A DNA stretch of 62,906 bases, filler included, from Chrysochromulina tobinii (GCA_001275005.1; 5 parts of 5 records of this genome joined end to end with filler, not necessarily neighbours in it); one strand, 5' to 3'. Positions 11,101-23,200 are shown, counted from the first letter of the whole stretch. Numbers and translations: made by a program. The notes: generated from the letters alone by a model not told the origin.

Positions 11101-12609
11101 ATGGCCGATGCGGCCAAGCCAGCTGCGCCGCTGGTTCGAACCCCAAGCATGCTGGCGATCGTCAAATCGGTGACGGCGCTCGATCACGTCTTGCACAACG
11201 CCAGCTCGTCGCCCGCCTCGGCGGCGCAGCTTTCGATGCGGCTGCACGACATCTACCAGCGCGCGGCGGCGGCGCGCGAGATGATCCGGCTGACGCAGGA
11301 GCGTCGCAAGGAGGAGCAGCGCGACGAGTTCCGCGCGATGCTGCTTGGGATCAAGCCGCCCTCACCAGAAGTGCTTGAGCAGATTCGTCAGATGGGCTCG
11401 CCGCGCAAGGCGGGCATGCCAGACAGCAAGCAGCTGGACGAGGAGGACCTGCGGTACCGGCGCGAGTTCCGCGAGCGCAAGGCGCGCGAGAAGGCCGAGA
11501 AGGCGGCGAAGCTGAAGGCTGAGAACGCGGCGATGCGCGCTCGCATCAAGGGCACCAAGGCGGCAACGGACAATGACGCGAGCGACGACGCGACGGGCGC
11601 GGCGCGGCTCAAGGCGGCCAAGGAGGCGGCGCAGCGGCGCGCGCTCTCGATGCAGGCGATGGCGCAGAAGAATGCCGAGTTGAAGATGCGCATCGCCAGC
11701 ACCGGAGCCGCGACGGACAATGACGTGAGCGATGACGCGACGGGCGCGGCGCGGCGCGCGGCGGCGAAGGCATCGAAGCAACGGAAGGCGGAGGAGGCGG
11801 CGCAGCTGGCCGAGGAGAACTCGCAGCTGTTCTCCATGATCCGTTCGACTGGCGCCGCCACCGATAATGACGTGTCCGACGACGCGATCGGCGCGGCGCG
11901 GCGCAAGGCCGCCATGGACGCCAAGGACGCTCGGGATCGGGAGGCGGCGGCGATCAAGGCGCAGAATGCGGCGATGAAGGCGCGGATTGCGAGCACGGGC
12001 GCGGCGACGGACAATGACGTGCGCGACGACGCGACGGGCGTCGCGCGCCAAGCCGCTGCTCGTGCGGCCGCAGAGAACCGACTGGCTGCCGCCGAGGCGC
12101 TCACGAACGCCAATGTGGCGCTTGGGGCGAAGCTCGGGGCGATCGGGGCTCCATCCGCGATCATCCCGGTGGTCAAGGTGACCACGCCGAAGAAGAAGGA
12201 CTCGCCTAAGAGCTCCAAGTCGCCAAAGGCCGCCAAGGAGAAGGCCTACCTCGCGATGCCGCCCGGCGCGGCCCCCTCATCCGAGGAGGCGGTCCTGGCC
12301 GCGGTCACTGTTGTGCCTCCACCGCCCGCCGCGCTCGCCAAGGCGCGATCGCACAAGCCGCCGCCCGAGGACGAGGCGTCCAAACGGGGCAAGTCTGCGA
12401 GCAGCCGAGCGCCAAAGGGCGATGACGAAACCTCTAGACAACAAAGCTTGACCTTCCGGCCGGATCTTGAGTTCAAGCCGAAATCCGTCAATCTCGACAA
12501 GAGCGATCTCGAGCAGCAGATTCATTTGGATGAGTGGCTCGATCAGCTTGCGATCGAGGCCAAAGGCGTTTCGGGCGCCTCGGAGTACGACACGCCGCGT
12601 ATCTGGTGA
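11101..12609 (+). CDS. Alanine/charge-rich helical repeat protein with four 49-aa 'TGAATDNDVSDDATGAAR' repeats
   Basis: Long ORF. The repeat core recurs at 11560, 11707, 11854 and 12001 (period 147 nt) with synonymous divergence. Confidence 0.75.
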   Translation: MADAAKPAAPLVRTPSMLAIVKSVTALDHVLHNASSSPASAAQLSMRLHDIYQRAAAAREMIRLTQERRKEEQRDEFRAMLLGIKPPSPEVLEQIRQMGSPRKAGMPDSKQLDEEDLRYRREFRERKAREKAEKAAKLKAENAAMRARIKGTKAATDNDASDDATGAARLKAAKEAAQRRALSMQAMAQKNAELKMRIASTGAATDNDVSDDATGAARRAAAKASKQRKAEEAAQLAEENSQLFSMIRSTGAATDNDVSDDAIGAARRKAAMDAKDARDREAAAIKAQNAAMKARIASTGAATDNDVRDDATGVARQAAARAAAENRLAAAEALTNANVALGAKLGAIGAPSAIIPVVKVTTPKKKDSPKSSKSPKAAKEKAYLAMPPGAAPSSEEAVLAAVTVVPPPPAALAKARSHKPPPEDEASKRGKSASSRAPKGDDETSRQQSLTFRPDLEFKPKSVNLDKSDLEQQIHLDEWLDQLAIEAKGVSGASEYDTPRIW

Positions 12610-13220
12610 GAGAGAGGATAGGGCGCCGTGCCGAGCAGCGGCCCGCCGCCCTATCCCCCCTTCTCTCTCCTCCGGCGGCGGCGTGCTGCAAGAGAGGCGC
12701 TCTAGGAATCCTTTACGTACATTGGCAGTGGACTCGGCAACGGCATGCATCCCCTGGTGCTGCGAAGGCCCGATTCTTCGGGTGTCCGTGAGCGCCTGTC
12801 AGGTGTTTGGTCTTCTGTATTTTACATGGGAGCATGGAAGTAAAGGAGAAGAACCAGTATCCGTGATATGTGCTCGGCACGGTGTTCTCGATGACGGGCG
12901 GGCGCTCAAAAACGATTTCGAGACGGAGTTTCGGACGGGTTGCTTCGGAGCGACGGAGGTCGGAGCGTGTAGGTCCGGTCGATTTGGGGGCAAGGTGACT
13001 GCTCGACCGCCTTCAGCTCGATTGCAGACCTCATCATCGAGGTGCGTGTACAATGTTCTGCGTCCGTTGAGCGTTTGGCAGGCTGTCTCGATGGTTACGC
13101 GACGAAACTGACTTCCGCAGGCGCGGCGACCTCCTGTGTCGCCCGTCGTCGCGATCCAACGGTGTCCTAATCGGTGCCTGTGCCGACAGCCAGGTCTCCG
13201 GCGCAAACACGGGCGACACC

Positions 13221-14840
13221 ATGGCCGCGGAGGAGCCGAAGGTCGTGTGCATCGTGGGCGTGGCCGGCTTCATCGGCTCGCACCTGCTCGAGAAGATCCT
13301 CCGCGAGCGTCCGTGGCAGGTCATCGGCGTCGACATGGCTGAGCCGACTAAGATCGAGCAGCTCCTTGGCGGGGAGAAGAAGTGGGCCGCGCGCTTCGAG
13401 TTCCACCAGATGGACATCGTCAAGGCGGGGCCCGAGCTCAAGAAGCTCGTCGCGCGTTCCGACGTCGTCATCAACCTCGCCGCCATCTGCAACCCGTCGG
13501 AGTACATCAAGCAGCCCGTCAACACGATCAACTCGAACTTCACGGACGCACAGGACTGCATCAAGTTCTGCGTGGAGTACGACAAGCACCTGATCCATTT
13601 CTCCACGTGCGAGGTCTACGGCCGTACCCTCGCCTCGTACGGGCTGCCCGCCGAGGACCCGAAGAATTACATTCTCGACGAGGAGACGACGCCGATGATC
13701 ATGGGGCCCGTCTCGGCGCAGCGATGGTGCTATGCATGCGCGAAGCAGCTGGTGGAGCGGCTGATCTACGCGCACGGCACCGAGAACAACCTCAAGTTCA
13801 CCATCGTCCGCCCGTACGCATCAAGAATGATTGCCTCTGATTGCCTCTAATTGCCTGTAATTAACCTCAAGTTCACCATCGTCCGCCCGTACGCATCAAG
13901 AATGATTGCCTCTGAGGACCTGATTGCCTGTAATTGCCGCCTCAATTGCCTCTAATTGCCTCTACTTGCCGCCTCTAATTGCCGCCGCACAGGTACAACT
14001 GGATCGGCCCTCGAATGGATTACGTGCCTGGTGTGGATGGAAAGGATGACGGCCAGCCGCGCGTGCTTGCCTCATTCATGACGGCGTTGATGAAGGGCGA
14101 GCCGCTTGTGCTCGTCGACGGCGGAGAGGTCTACCGTACCTTCTGCTTCGTCGACGACGCTGTCGAGTCGGTCGTGCGCATGATCGATCGCCCCGAGAAG
14201 TCCATCGGGCATGCCTTCAACGTGGGCAACCCGATGAACAACATCCTCCACTGATGACCTCTGATGACCTCTGATGACCTCTGATGACCTCTGATTGCCT
14301 CCCTCATTGCATGCAGGTGGGCAACCCGATGAACAACATCCAGATTAAGGAGCTCGCCGCTCTCATGATTGAGTTGTACTCAGGCCTGACGGGCAAGCCG
14401 CTCGGGACGACGCGCGATGTGGCCGGCGTCGACTACTACGGCAAAGGGTACCCCCCTCTCTCGCATTCGACCTCCCCACATCTCCCCACATCTCCCCACA
14501 TCTCCCCACATCTCCCCTTCTCTCGCATTCTACCTCTCTCCATCTCCCCACATCTCCCCACATCTCCCATTCGAGGACTCCCGACCTTCCTCATCCCTGG
14601 CTCTGCATGCAAGTGCTCACCACGGCGCCATCACGTCCCCACAGGTACGAGGATTCCGACCTTCGGATCCCTTCGATGCGTCTCGTCAAGTCGCAGCTCG
14701 ACTGGGAGCCGGCGACGAGCTTGAGGCAAGCGATGGAGGCGACGATGAAGGTCTTCATCGAAAAGTACGCGGACAAGCTCGCGTCGAAACGTGCAGCACA
14801 GGAGGCGGACATGCCCGCTGCCAAGGCTCTCAAATTGTAG
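13221..14840 (+). CDS. AXS: UDP-D-apiose/UDP-D-xylose synthase-like extended SDR (introns 13814-13992, 14222-14316, 14448-14644)
   Basis: Motifs GVAGFIGSHL, INLAAICNP, HFSTCEVYG, QRWCYACAKQL, FTIVRP|YNWIGPRMD, PRVLASF, LVDGG and YGKG|YEDSDLRIP match plant AXS/UAS motifs. The three GT-AG introns restore the frame. Confidence 0.9.
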
Positions 14841-14852
14841 CCGTGCCCACGC

Positions 14853-14966
14853 AAGCAGCCGCCGCAGCCGCAGCCGCAGCGGGCAGCCGCAGCCGCAGCG
14901 CGCAGCCGCAGCGCGCAGCCGCAGCCGCAGCATCCGCCACAGCAGCCGCCGCCGCAGCAGCAGCCG
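14853..14966 (+). repeat. (GCAGCC)n-type microsatellite in the 3' region of AXS
   Basis: Direct reading of the sequence. Confidence 0.85.
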
Positions 14967-15551
14967 TATTCCCTCTCTTCGCGTCGTATTTTTGAGCACT
15001 GCTCTCTTTCGTAACCTGTACCTGGAAAGTACCTGGAAGATACTAGACGTGTGCTGTGCCTGTGGTATACATGTATGTGGCGTGGGCGGTGGCCGTGCTC
15101 AAGGGTGAACGGACTCCGGGCTCGGCGGCACCTACGCGTGGCTTAGGCGTGGCTTACTCGGTGGCAGCCGAGAGCCGTACTCGGTGGTACTCGCTCCAGT
15201 TGTACCACAGTACTCACCCGTAGTTGTACAGAAGCAAGTAGTATAACAAAGGTCGGTAGGTGACCTAGCTTGTGCTTGAATTTAAAGGTCGACCATAGTA
15301 GATAGTTACGCCTTTTTTTACGAGCGGTCGAGGAGACGGACGCGCCGAGAGCGGAGCCGGAGAGGCAAACTTCCTTTTTCCTTAATTTTTACCGCACTCG
15401 TATGGTAAAGAATAAACGAAGCAATTGAAACGAAGTATATAAGAAGTATAAATAGTATTTACGCCGCCTGTGTCGAGCGGTCTTAAGGACGAGTAAGGCG
15501 TATATTCGGACAGTGGCGAGCTTGCAGCTCGCAGGGTTTCTAAGGGTTTCG

Positions 15552-15755
15552 TCATAAATAACTACACCCAATCTCCCCCGATCTGTCCTCGGGCTGACAG
15601 GCTCGGCAAAGATGCTCCTCCGCCCCGCCCACCACGGCGCTCCTCAGGCTCAGCCCGACGCACCACCACTCACTCCCTCGGACGGGCGGTGCACACTCCC
15701 GTACTGGTAGACCCAAGACCGGCTCGCCCATCGGTTGGTTCGGGTTCGGGTACAT
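15552..15755 (-). pseudogene. Truncated, degenerate third copy of the Cys-rich gene (N-terminus only)
   Basis: MYPNPNQPMGEPV start matches the two neighbouring copies; the sequence then diverges, shifts frame and lacks the Cys-rich domain. Confidence 0.6.
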
Positions 15756-16067
15756 GTCTGTCTGGGGAGCGCGCCGCACGCTCCCGCGGCTGCGGACCGG
15801 TGTCCGGTGGACGCGTGGACCAGCGACCACGGGCCGCGCGACCGCGCGGGGCTCGACGTTTTTTCACTCAGGCACGAGGCAGCGGAATTCACACCGGTCT
15901 AACACCGGTCGTCACAGTGCAGATCACCCTACCCAGCCATGCAACACCACTGCATACCTGCCTAACATGGACGTCTTCAACCGAACCGCCGCTGACCACG
16001 TCAGCCCATGCACACCGCTTCCTGGTTCCTGCTAACGTCGTCTCGGCCATCTCCGCCCGACGCACCC

Positions 16068-16853
16068 TCAGCCCACCTGGTGAACCACGGTCTGCGTCTG
16101 AACGATCGTCTGGCGCGTCAGGTCGCCAATCGTCAAGCAGCACCCTAGCTGTGGGACACACACGAATCCGCAGCATGCAATTGTGAAGGGCACCTCATCG
16201 TCAGGGGGCAGTGCCGCGCTGTGAACGAGGCAGCAGCACTGATGCTGCGCTTTGATGCACGTGGTCTGCTCCTGGAGGCAGCGGATGGCCATGCACACGC
16301 ACGCGATCCCGTCCTGCGGCTGCTCGAGCGCTTGGGTACCTAACTTGAGGCAGCACTCCACCTCGAGGCAGCAGAGGACACCCTTAGCTACCACGCCGCA
16401 GCAGTGATCACTCGCATCCGTGCACGAGGTGTTGCAACAGAAGCAGCCGTGGATGAGCGTGAGCTTCGACTCGTCGATGCTGTCCGGGAGCATCCGGTGC
16501 TTCTGCGCAGCGGCAGAGGTATTCACGAAGACGTTCTGTTGCGTGACGACTGTCGTCGGTGGGGCCGCGACATGAATGATCTGCGGCTGCGGCGCTGCCA
16601 TGTGGGCGTTGACGTTCACTTGAGGCTGGGCGTACTGAGGCTGCTGGGCGTACTGAGGCTGGGCGTATTGAGGCTGCTGAGCGTACTGAGGCTGCTGAGC
16701 ATACTGAGGCTGCTGGGCGTACTGAGGTGCACCCCCGTAGACGGGCTGAGCCATCGGCGGTGCTCCTCCGTAGACGGGCTGTGCCATCGGCGGTGCCCCC
16801 CCGTACTGGTAGACCGGCACGCCCATCGCGGGTTGGTTCGGGTTCGGGTACAT
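16068..16853 (-). CDS. Pro/Gln/Tyr-rich N-terminus plus Cys-rich domain protein, copy B
   Basis: GGAPPMAQPVY and QQPQYA repeats, then HGCFCCNTSC...CCLEVECCLK...QCCCLVHSAALPPDDEVPFTIACCGFVC. Near-identical to 17107-17937. Confidence 0.8.
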   Translation of the reverse strand: MYPNPNQPAMGVPVYQYGGAPPMAQPVYGGAPPMAQPVYGGAPQYAQQPQYAQQPQYAQQPQYAQPQYAQQPQYAQPQVNVNAHMAAPQPQIIHVAAPPTTVVTQQNVFVNTSAAAQKHRMLPDSIDESKLTLIHGCFCCNTSCTDASDHCCGVVAKGVLCCLEVECCLKLGTQALEQPQDGIACVCMAIRCLQEQTTCIKAQHQCCCLVHSAALPPDDEVPFTIACCGFVCVPQLGCCLTIGDLTRQTIVQTQTVVHQVG

Positions 16854-17106
16854 GTCTGGTCTTGCTCCGCCAAACAGCCGCTTGCTTACAAGTAGAAGCG
16901 CGGGGCAGGCCCCGACTGGCTTTCGTTCTCCAGTTGAATTCACACCGGTCATCACAGTGCGGATCACCCTACCCAGCCCAAGCAACACCACTGCATACCT
17001 GCCACATGGACGTCTTCAACCGAACCGCCGCTGGCCACGTCAGCCCATGCACGCCGCTTCCTGGTTCCTGCTAACGTCGTCTCGGCCATCTCCGCCCGAC
17101 GCACCC

Positions 17107-17937
17107 TCAGCCCACCTGGTGAACCACGGTCTGCGTCTGAACGATCGTCTGGCGCGTCAGGTCGCCAATCGTCAAGCAGCACCCTAGCTGTGGAACACAC
17201 ACGAATCCGCAGCATGCAATTGTGAAGGGCACCTCATCGTCAGGGGGCAGTGCCGCGCTGTGAACGAGGCAGCAGCACTGGTGCTGCGCTTTGATGCACG
17301 TGGTCTGCTCCTGGAGGCAGCGGATGGCCATGCACACGCACACGATCCCGTCCTGCGGCTGCTCGAGCGCTGGGCTACCTAACTTGAGGCAGCACTCCAC
17401 CTCGAGGCAGCAGAGGACACCCTTGGCTACCACGCCGCAGCAGTCCTCCATGCACGCGCACGAGGTGTTGCAACAGAAGCAGCCGTGGATGAGCGTGAGC
17501 TTCGACTCGTCGATGCTGTCCGGGAGCATCCGGTGCTTCTGCGCAGCGGCAGAGGTATTCACGAAGACGTCCTGTTGCGTGACGAATGTCGTCGGTGGGG
17601 CCGCGACATGAATGATCTGCGGCTGCGGCGCTGCCATGTGGACGTTGACGTTCACTTGAGGCTGAGCGTACTGAGGCTGCTGGGCGTACTGAGGCTGCTG
17701 AGCGTACTGTGGCTGCTGAGCATACTGAGGCTGCTGAGCGTACTGAGGTGCACCCCCGTAGACGGGCTGAGCCATCGGCGGTGCACCCCCGTAGACGGGC
17801 TGAGCCATCGGCGGTGCACCCCCGTAGACGGGCTGAGCCATCGGCGGTGCTCCCCCGTAGACGGGCTGAGCCATCGGCGGTGCACCTTCGTACTGGTAGA
17901 CCGGCTCGCCCATCGGTGGGTTCGGGTTCGGGTACAT
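17107..17937 (-). CDS. Pro/Gln/Tyr-rich N-terminus plus Cys-rich domain protein, copy A
   Basis: 276-aa ORF and tandem paralogue of copy B, offset 1039 nt at the stop codons. The 3' flank is also duplicated. Confidence 0.8.
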   Translation of the reverse strand: MYPNPNPPMGEPVYQYEGAPPMAQPVYGGAPPMAQPVYGGAPPMAQPVYGGAPPMAQPVYGGAPQYAQQPQYAQQPQYAQQPQYAQQPQYAQPQVNVNVHMAAPQPQIIHVAAPPTTFVTQQDVFVNTSAAAQKHRMLPDSIDESKLTLIHGCFCCNTSCACMEDCCGVVAKGVLCCLEVECCLKLGSPALEQPQDGIVCVCMAIRCLQEQTTCIKAQHQCCCLVHSAALPPDDEVPFTIACCGFVCVPQLGCCLTIGDLTRQTIVQTQTVVHQVG

Positions 17938-18345
17938 GTCTGGTCTGTGTGGGCTCCGCTCGCTTCGGCTCGACCGAGGCTAAGGCAAGCAAGCAAGCAG
18001 GGCAAACAAGTTTTATTCACACCTATCAACACAGTGCAGAACAGTAACCTTCCCCCGACGCGGCGCCCGCACCGCGTGCACACGACCTTCCTTTGCGCTT
18101 TGGAAAATCCACCCGCCTTAAGCCTCCCGGCTCCCCCTCAGAACGCGACGCGAGCTTTACCGATGATAACTACGCGGTTACGCTAGTAAGTACTGGGCTG
18201 CGTGAAGCGCTGCTTAAGGGCGCTGATCGTAGTACTGTATGTTTTATGGCGCACTGCTGGTCCGCTGTCTCTCCCTCTGCCTCCCAGGCCCCGATAGCTC
18301 AATTTCGAGAGACTCTCCCTGCGCGACGGCGCCCTGTGCAACTTT

Positions 18346-19998
18346 CTACCCGTCCCAGCCGCAACATTCTCTATCAGTTATCTCATTCCAAATCCTCAGG
18401 CGTACCTCGCGCCAGAGATTAAATCTCGGCCGTTGCAAGCAGCACGCGCACTGGTCGGCGTCCCCACCGGGTGGCATCGTGCGCCCCAGCAGGACGCCGC
18501 TCATGAAGACGGCCAGGAACGCCAGCGCCCACACGAGCGAGGTGCGGAAGGGGGGAGATCCGTTGGCGGAGGGGGGAGATCCGTTGGCAGCAGCTTTCGC
18601 CCCTCGCCACCCGTTGACGGCTGTGGTAGCCGCCTGCCGCCCCCCCTGCCAACAGTCGACGGCGGTGGCCCTGGCCCCTTTTGCCCAGCTCTGGCCGAGG
18701 GCCTGTCGCACCGCTCGGCTTCTGACGAGTAGCGAGGCCAAGCTCGCGAGGATTCTGACGAGCAGTTGACGATGACGATCGTCCTCGAGTCCGCTGAGGG
18801 CGGCATTCAACTGCGCCAGACGCAGGCCATCGTCGGCATACGCAGCCTTGGATGATTGGCCAGGCTCACCACCATGCAGGGCAGGCGAGGACGAAACCTC
18901 TGGCGAGGACGGCATGGCGTTAGACGAAGACGAGTGCAGGATCGAAAACATGTACGATCGCTTCGAAAATGCCGTTGGGCTTGTTGCTTGGACGGGCAGC
19001 TGCGTCCTGACTTTCTTCCAAGCCTGGCCCGGAGACGAGGCACCATCTCCCGTCTTCGAGGCACCATCTCCCGTCTTCGAGGCACCATCTCCCGGCATAA
19101 AGGGCCTGGGCTCCAAGGGAGCGGCGAGCTCCGGAAGGGGGCGCGGATCACGGTCCGGACTGGGCGAGAACGGACTCAAGGATTGCGAGCCGGATCGCCG
19201 CTCCGCGGGCGCCGACTGCGGATGCGGCGCGGCGGGCGCTAGCACGTCGCCCGGACTCCGACGTTGGCGTTCGCCTGGACTCCGCTTCGTCGGCGAAGGA
19301 CTCCGCTTCGTCAGCGAAGGACTCCGCTTCGTCGGCGAAGGTGTTGATGGGCGCAGGATGTCTTTCAGCTCGCGGTAATCGAGGAAGCCCGAGTAGTCGC
19401 AGTCGAAGCGCCGAAATAGGGCATCCACAGCCTCTGACGTTGCCCGTAGACCCAGCACTGCAAGAGCCCTGCGGAAGTCGGTGGCGGAGATTTTGGTGGC
19501 GACCGCTTCTGGGCGAGGTCGGTCCTCGTCCCACGCATGGAAATGGTCGAGTACCCGGATGCGATTGGCGCGCAGCAGCTCTCTGAGCTGCTCGATGGCC
19601 GCGTCGGGCACTCTGCTATTGGGAGGGATGTGCAGCTTGGTACCTGCGCCTCTCGACCCACCGAGCGGGAGGAAGACGCGCTTCTTCCTCGGATCTCGGA
19701 CGTACGGGCGAAGCCTGTCGAAGATGTCATCTATGCTCAACACGCCGGCCGCGTCCTCGTCGAGTGCCGCGAAGCACCGGTCGATCGCCTCGTCGCTTTG
19801 TTCAGAGTGTCCGAGGCTGCGCACGGCGTTCCGGAAGTCCTCGGGGCAGACGGAGCGCGTCCCCGCTCGCTCGAGGATTTGACGAATTTGGGCCGACTGG
19901 CGGCTGAGCTTTTCGAAGAGGGACGCTCGGTCGTAGTGGGCGGATGCCGTGGAGGGTGGCGACCTGTTCGGCACGCCGGCATCGTGCGCCGTTGGCAT
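18346..19998 (-). CDS. EF-hand calcium-binding protein with C-terminal transmembrane helix
   Basis: EF loops DEDAAGVLSIDD and DCDYSGFLDYRE, degenerate FHAWDED, Ser/Pro-rich linker with 21-nt repeats, and TM segment LVWALAFLAVFMSGVLLG. Confidence 0.75.
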   Translation of the reverse strand: MPTAHDAGVPNRSPPSTASAHYDRASLFEKLSRQSAQIRQILERAGTRSVCPEDFRNAVRSLGHSEQSDEAIDRCFAALDEDAAGVLSIDDIFDRLRPYVRDPRKKRVFLPLGGSRGAGTKLHIPPNSRVPDAAIEQLRELLRANRIRVLDHFHAWDEDRPRPEAVATKISATDFRRALAVLGLRATSEAVDALFRRFDCDYSGFLDYRELKDILRPSTPSPTKRSPSLTKRSPSPTKRSPGERQRRSPGDVLAPAAPHPQSAPAERRSGSQSLSPFSPSPDRDPRPLPELAAPLEPRPFMPGDGASKTGDGASKTGDGASSPGQAWKKVRTQLPVQATSPTAFSKRSYMFSILHSSSSNAMPSSPEVSSSPALHGGEPGQSSKAAYADDGLRLAQLNAALSGLEDDRHRQLLVRILASLASLLVRSRAVRQALGQSWAKGARATAVDCWQGGRQAATTAVNGWRGAKAAANGSPPSANGSPPFRTSLVWALAFLAVFMSGVLLGRTMPPGGDADQCACCLQRPRFNLWREVRLRIWNEITDRECCGWDG

Positions 19999-20219
19999 CC
20001 TACTTTCCTACGGCGAGAGAGCGCTGAATCGCGACGGTGCCGATGCCGGTCGAGATGTGGCAAATTACCCGATGCGCGCTGCTCTTTCTTGGATTCCTCG
20101 GTTTGGAATCTTACCGGTACCTTTACTTCAAACACTCGTATTCGACCCCCGGTATAGTTCCGCGGCGCGTGTGAAACCACAAAAGAACCCGAGAGGATGC
20201 GGCAACAACGCTCACGACG

Positions 20220-23200
20220 TCATCGAAGCTCATCACCTAGCGGTGCGAGGAGCGCGGCCATAGCGCGCAGGAGGGGCAGCGCACGGCCGGCGGTCATAGC
20301 AGCGGCCGCGCTCACGGCGGGCCGGGGCGGCCGCTCGCGCCCCCCGCACTGGTCGTCACGCTCGCCCGAGCGCGAGCCGCGGACGCTGCCGTTCCCGCTG
20401 CTGCTGCCGCTGCCGCTGCCGCTGCTGCTGCCGTCGTCGGCGTCGCGCGCTTGGAAGGGCGCTTGGAACGGCTTCAGTCCTCGTGAGGGGAGGAGGTCCG
20501 CGAAGATGGAGGGCGGCTCGGTGTCAATCGAGAGCATCAGCTGACCTGTAATGATGTGCAATCATGTGCAATCAGTAGCCATCAGCAGCAATCAGTTGCA
20601 AGGGCTGCTCGGTGTCAATCGAGCGCATCCGTGCCCAAATATGGTTCGGCATCCCAAAGATGGCAATCGAGCGCATCAGAATCGAGCATCATCTCTCACT
20701 GATTGCCTTCCTAATGGTAAAGGTCATCAGTGATGCAATCAGAGAGGCAGTTAGGAAGGCAATTACCGTACGAATGGTAAAGGTCGATGGTGGCATTGCT
20801 CGGCCCGACTCGACCCCGACGTGCCTTGCTCATCTCATTATCGATGACCACGCCTACGTGGCCTATCCCTGGACGGCCGTCGGCTGTTGGGCGCGTGCTC
20901 ACGCTGTACGATCCGTCCGCCTGCCGCAATCAGAGGTCATCAGAGGTCATCAGAGGTCATCAGAGGTCATCAGAGGTCATCACGCTGTACGATCCGTCCG
21001 CCTGCCGCAATCAGAGGTCATCAGAGGTCATCAGAGGTCATCAGAGGTCATCGGAGGTCATCAGAGGCCATCAGAGGTCATCAGAGGCCATCAGAGGTCA
21101 TCAGAGACCATCAGAGGTCATCAGAGGTCATTAGAGGCCATTCACACCTGCCCTTTGGAGAAGCTCGCCTTCACACTTCCCGCCATCGAGCCCAGCTCAA
21201 CCGCGTAGTTCGCGCCCGCGACGGCGCCGCCGTAGCTCGTGGACGCGCCCTCCGAGATTAAGCCCGAGATCCCAATCGAGCCGTGGCGCGAGATTGCGAC
21301 GAGATTGGGAGCGCCGAGAGCGGGCACCGAGCCGTTGATGACCTCGGTCATCGGTAAGAGCACCTGCTCGATGAAGGGACTTCTGATGAGGGACGCAATC
21401 AGAGGCAATCAGAGGCAATCAGAGGCCATCAGAGGCAATCAGAGCACCTGCTCGATGAGGGACTTCTGATGAGGGACGCAATCAGAGGCAATCAGCAGAG
21501 GCAATCAGCGCACCGGGTCGGTGAGGGAGATTCCGCCAGATCCGGAGCTCGCAATCAGATGCTATCAGAGGCAATCAGAGGCAATCAGAGGCAATCAGCG
21601 CACCGGGTCGGTGAGGGAGATTCCGCCAGATCCGGAGCTCAGATTGAATACATGCGCCGTCGCGAGCGTGGCTGAGAGCGACGCCCACTCGCTCGAGAAG
21701 CGAAGGCCCTGTGGGGAGAAGGAGGGGCGCGCCGTGGTGAGCACTTGCATGCAAGCCGCGCCCACCCGCTCGAGAAGGGAAGGGCCTGTGGGGAACTGGA
21801 GGACGCCATCAGGTGCAATCAGGGACGCCAGCATATGCAATTAGTGACGTCATCAGGCGCCATCAGACGCAATCAGACGCAATCAAATGCAATTAGGGAC
21901 GCAATCAGACACCTGCGAGCCGTAGGTTGGGGCGGGGCAGGTGCAGAAGAGAAAGCCATCAAGTAATTGGGGCGCCGATGGTGTAGGCGAGACGAGCTCT
22001 TCCCAGCTCAGAGTGCCGACGAGCTCCGACTGCTTGCAGAAGGAGCAATCGAGGGTGACGGTGTTGCTGAGGGAGGCGGCCCCATCGCCGTGCTCGATGA
22101 TCACGTCGGCTCGCCCGAGGAAGTGCGTACCTGTGGGGAAGGGGGGGAGGATGGCGCCGTGGTGAGCACTTGCATGCTCGATGGTCACGTCGGCTCGCCC
22201 GAGGAAGTGCGTACCGCCCATGATGATAAAACCACTCGGACTGGCGGGGGGGGAGGGAGGGGAGGGGGGAGGGGGTCATCAGGGGTCATCAGAGGTCATC
22301 AGCGGTCATCAGGGGTCATAAGGGGTCATCGGCCGTCCTCAGCCGTCATCAGCCGTCCTCAGCCGTCCTCAGCGCACCTGTACAAACGCGAGCGCGCCGC
22401 GCCGAAGGTGCCATTGCCCAAGATGGCGCCCGACACGGCGCCCGTCGCCGTGAGGGAGATCTCGCCGAGGACGAGCGCGTACGGGCCGCTGATTGCCTTC
22501 GCAATCACGTGCGGCAGCGGCAGCGGCTCGCGAGGCGCCGGCTTCTTGCCACGTGGCGCGCCGAGTTGGGCGCACGCGGGGCCGCCGATCCAGCCGTTGA
22601 GGAAGCGCAAGCCGGGCGGCAGCTCGATGAACATGCACGGCTGATGAGGGAGGCAATCCGCATGCAATCAGGAAGCATGCACGGCTGGGCGACGAAGAAG
22701 ACGTAGGGTCATCAGAGGGTCATTAGAGGGTCATCATATGGTCATTAGAGGGTCATCATATGGTCATCAGAGGTTCATCAGGCGCAATCAGACGTCATCA
22801 GACGCAATCAAGGCTCCTCACCTGAGCGACGAAGACGTCATCATATGGTCATCAGAGGGTCATCAGGCGCAATCAGACGTCATCAGGGCTCCTCACCTGA
22901 GCGACGAAGACGTCGCCGACGGCGAGCGCCGCGCCTCGAGCGTCCACGCTCTGTGAGGCAAGTAGGGACGTGAGGCTGACCTGTGGGGAAAGGGGAGCGG
23001 GGCGCCGTGGTGAGCACTTGCATGCAAGCGACCACGCTCTGTGAGGCCTAATTAGGGACGTGAGGCTGACCTTTTGGCCGTTTAGTCCACGCTCAGGGAC
23101 GCAATCAGGGACGCAATCAGGGACGCAATCAGGGACGCAATCAGGGACGCAATCAGGGACGCAATTAGGGACGCAATCAGGGACGCAATCAGGGACGCAA

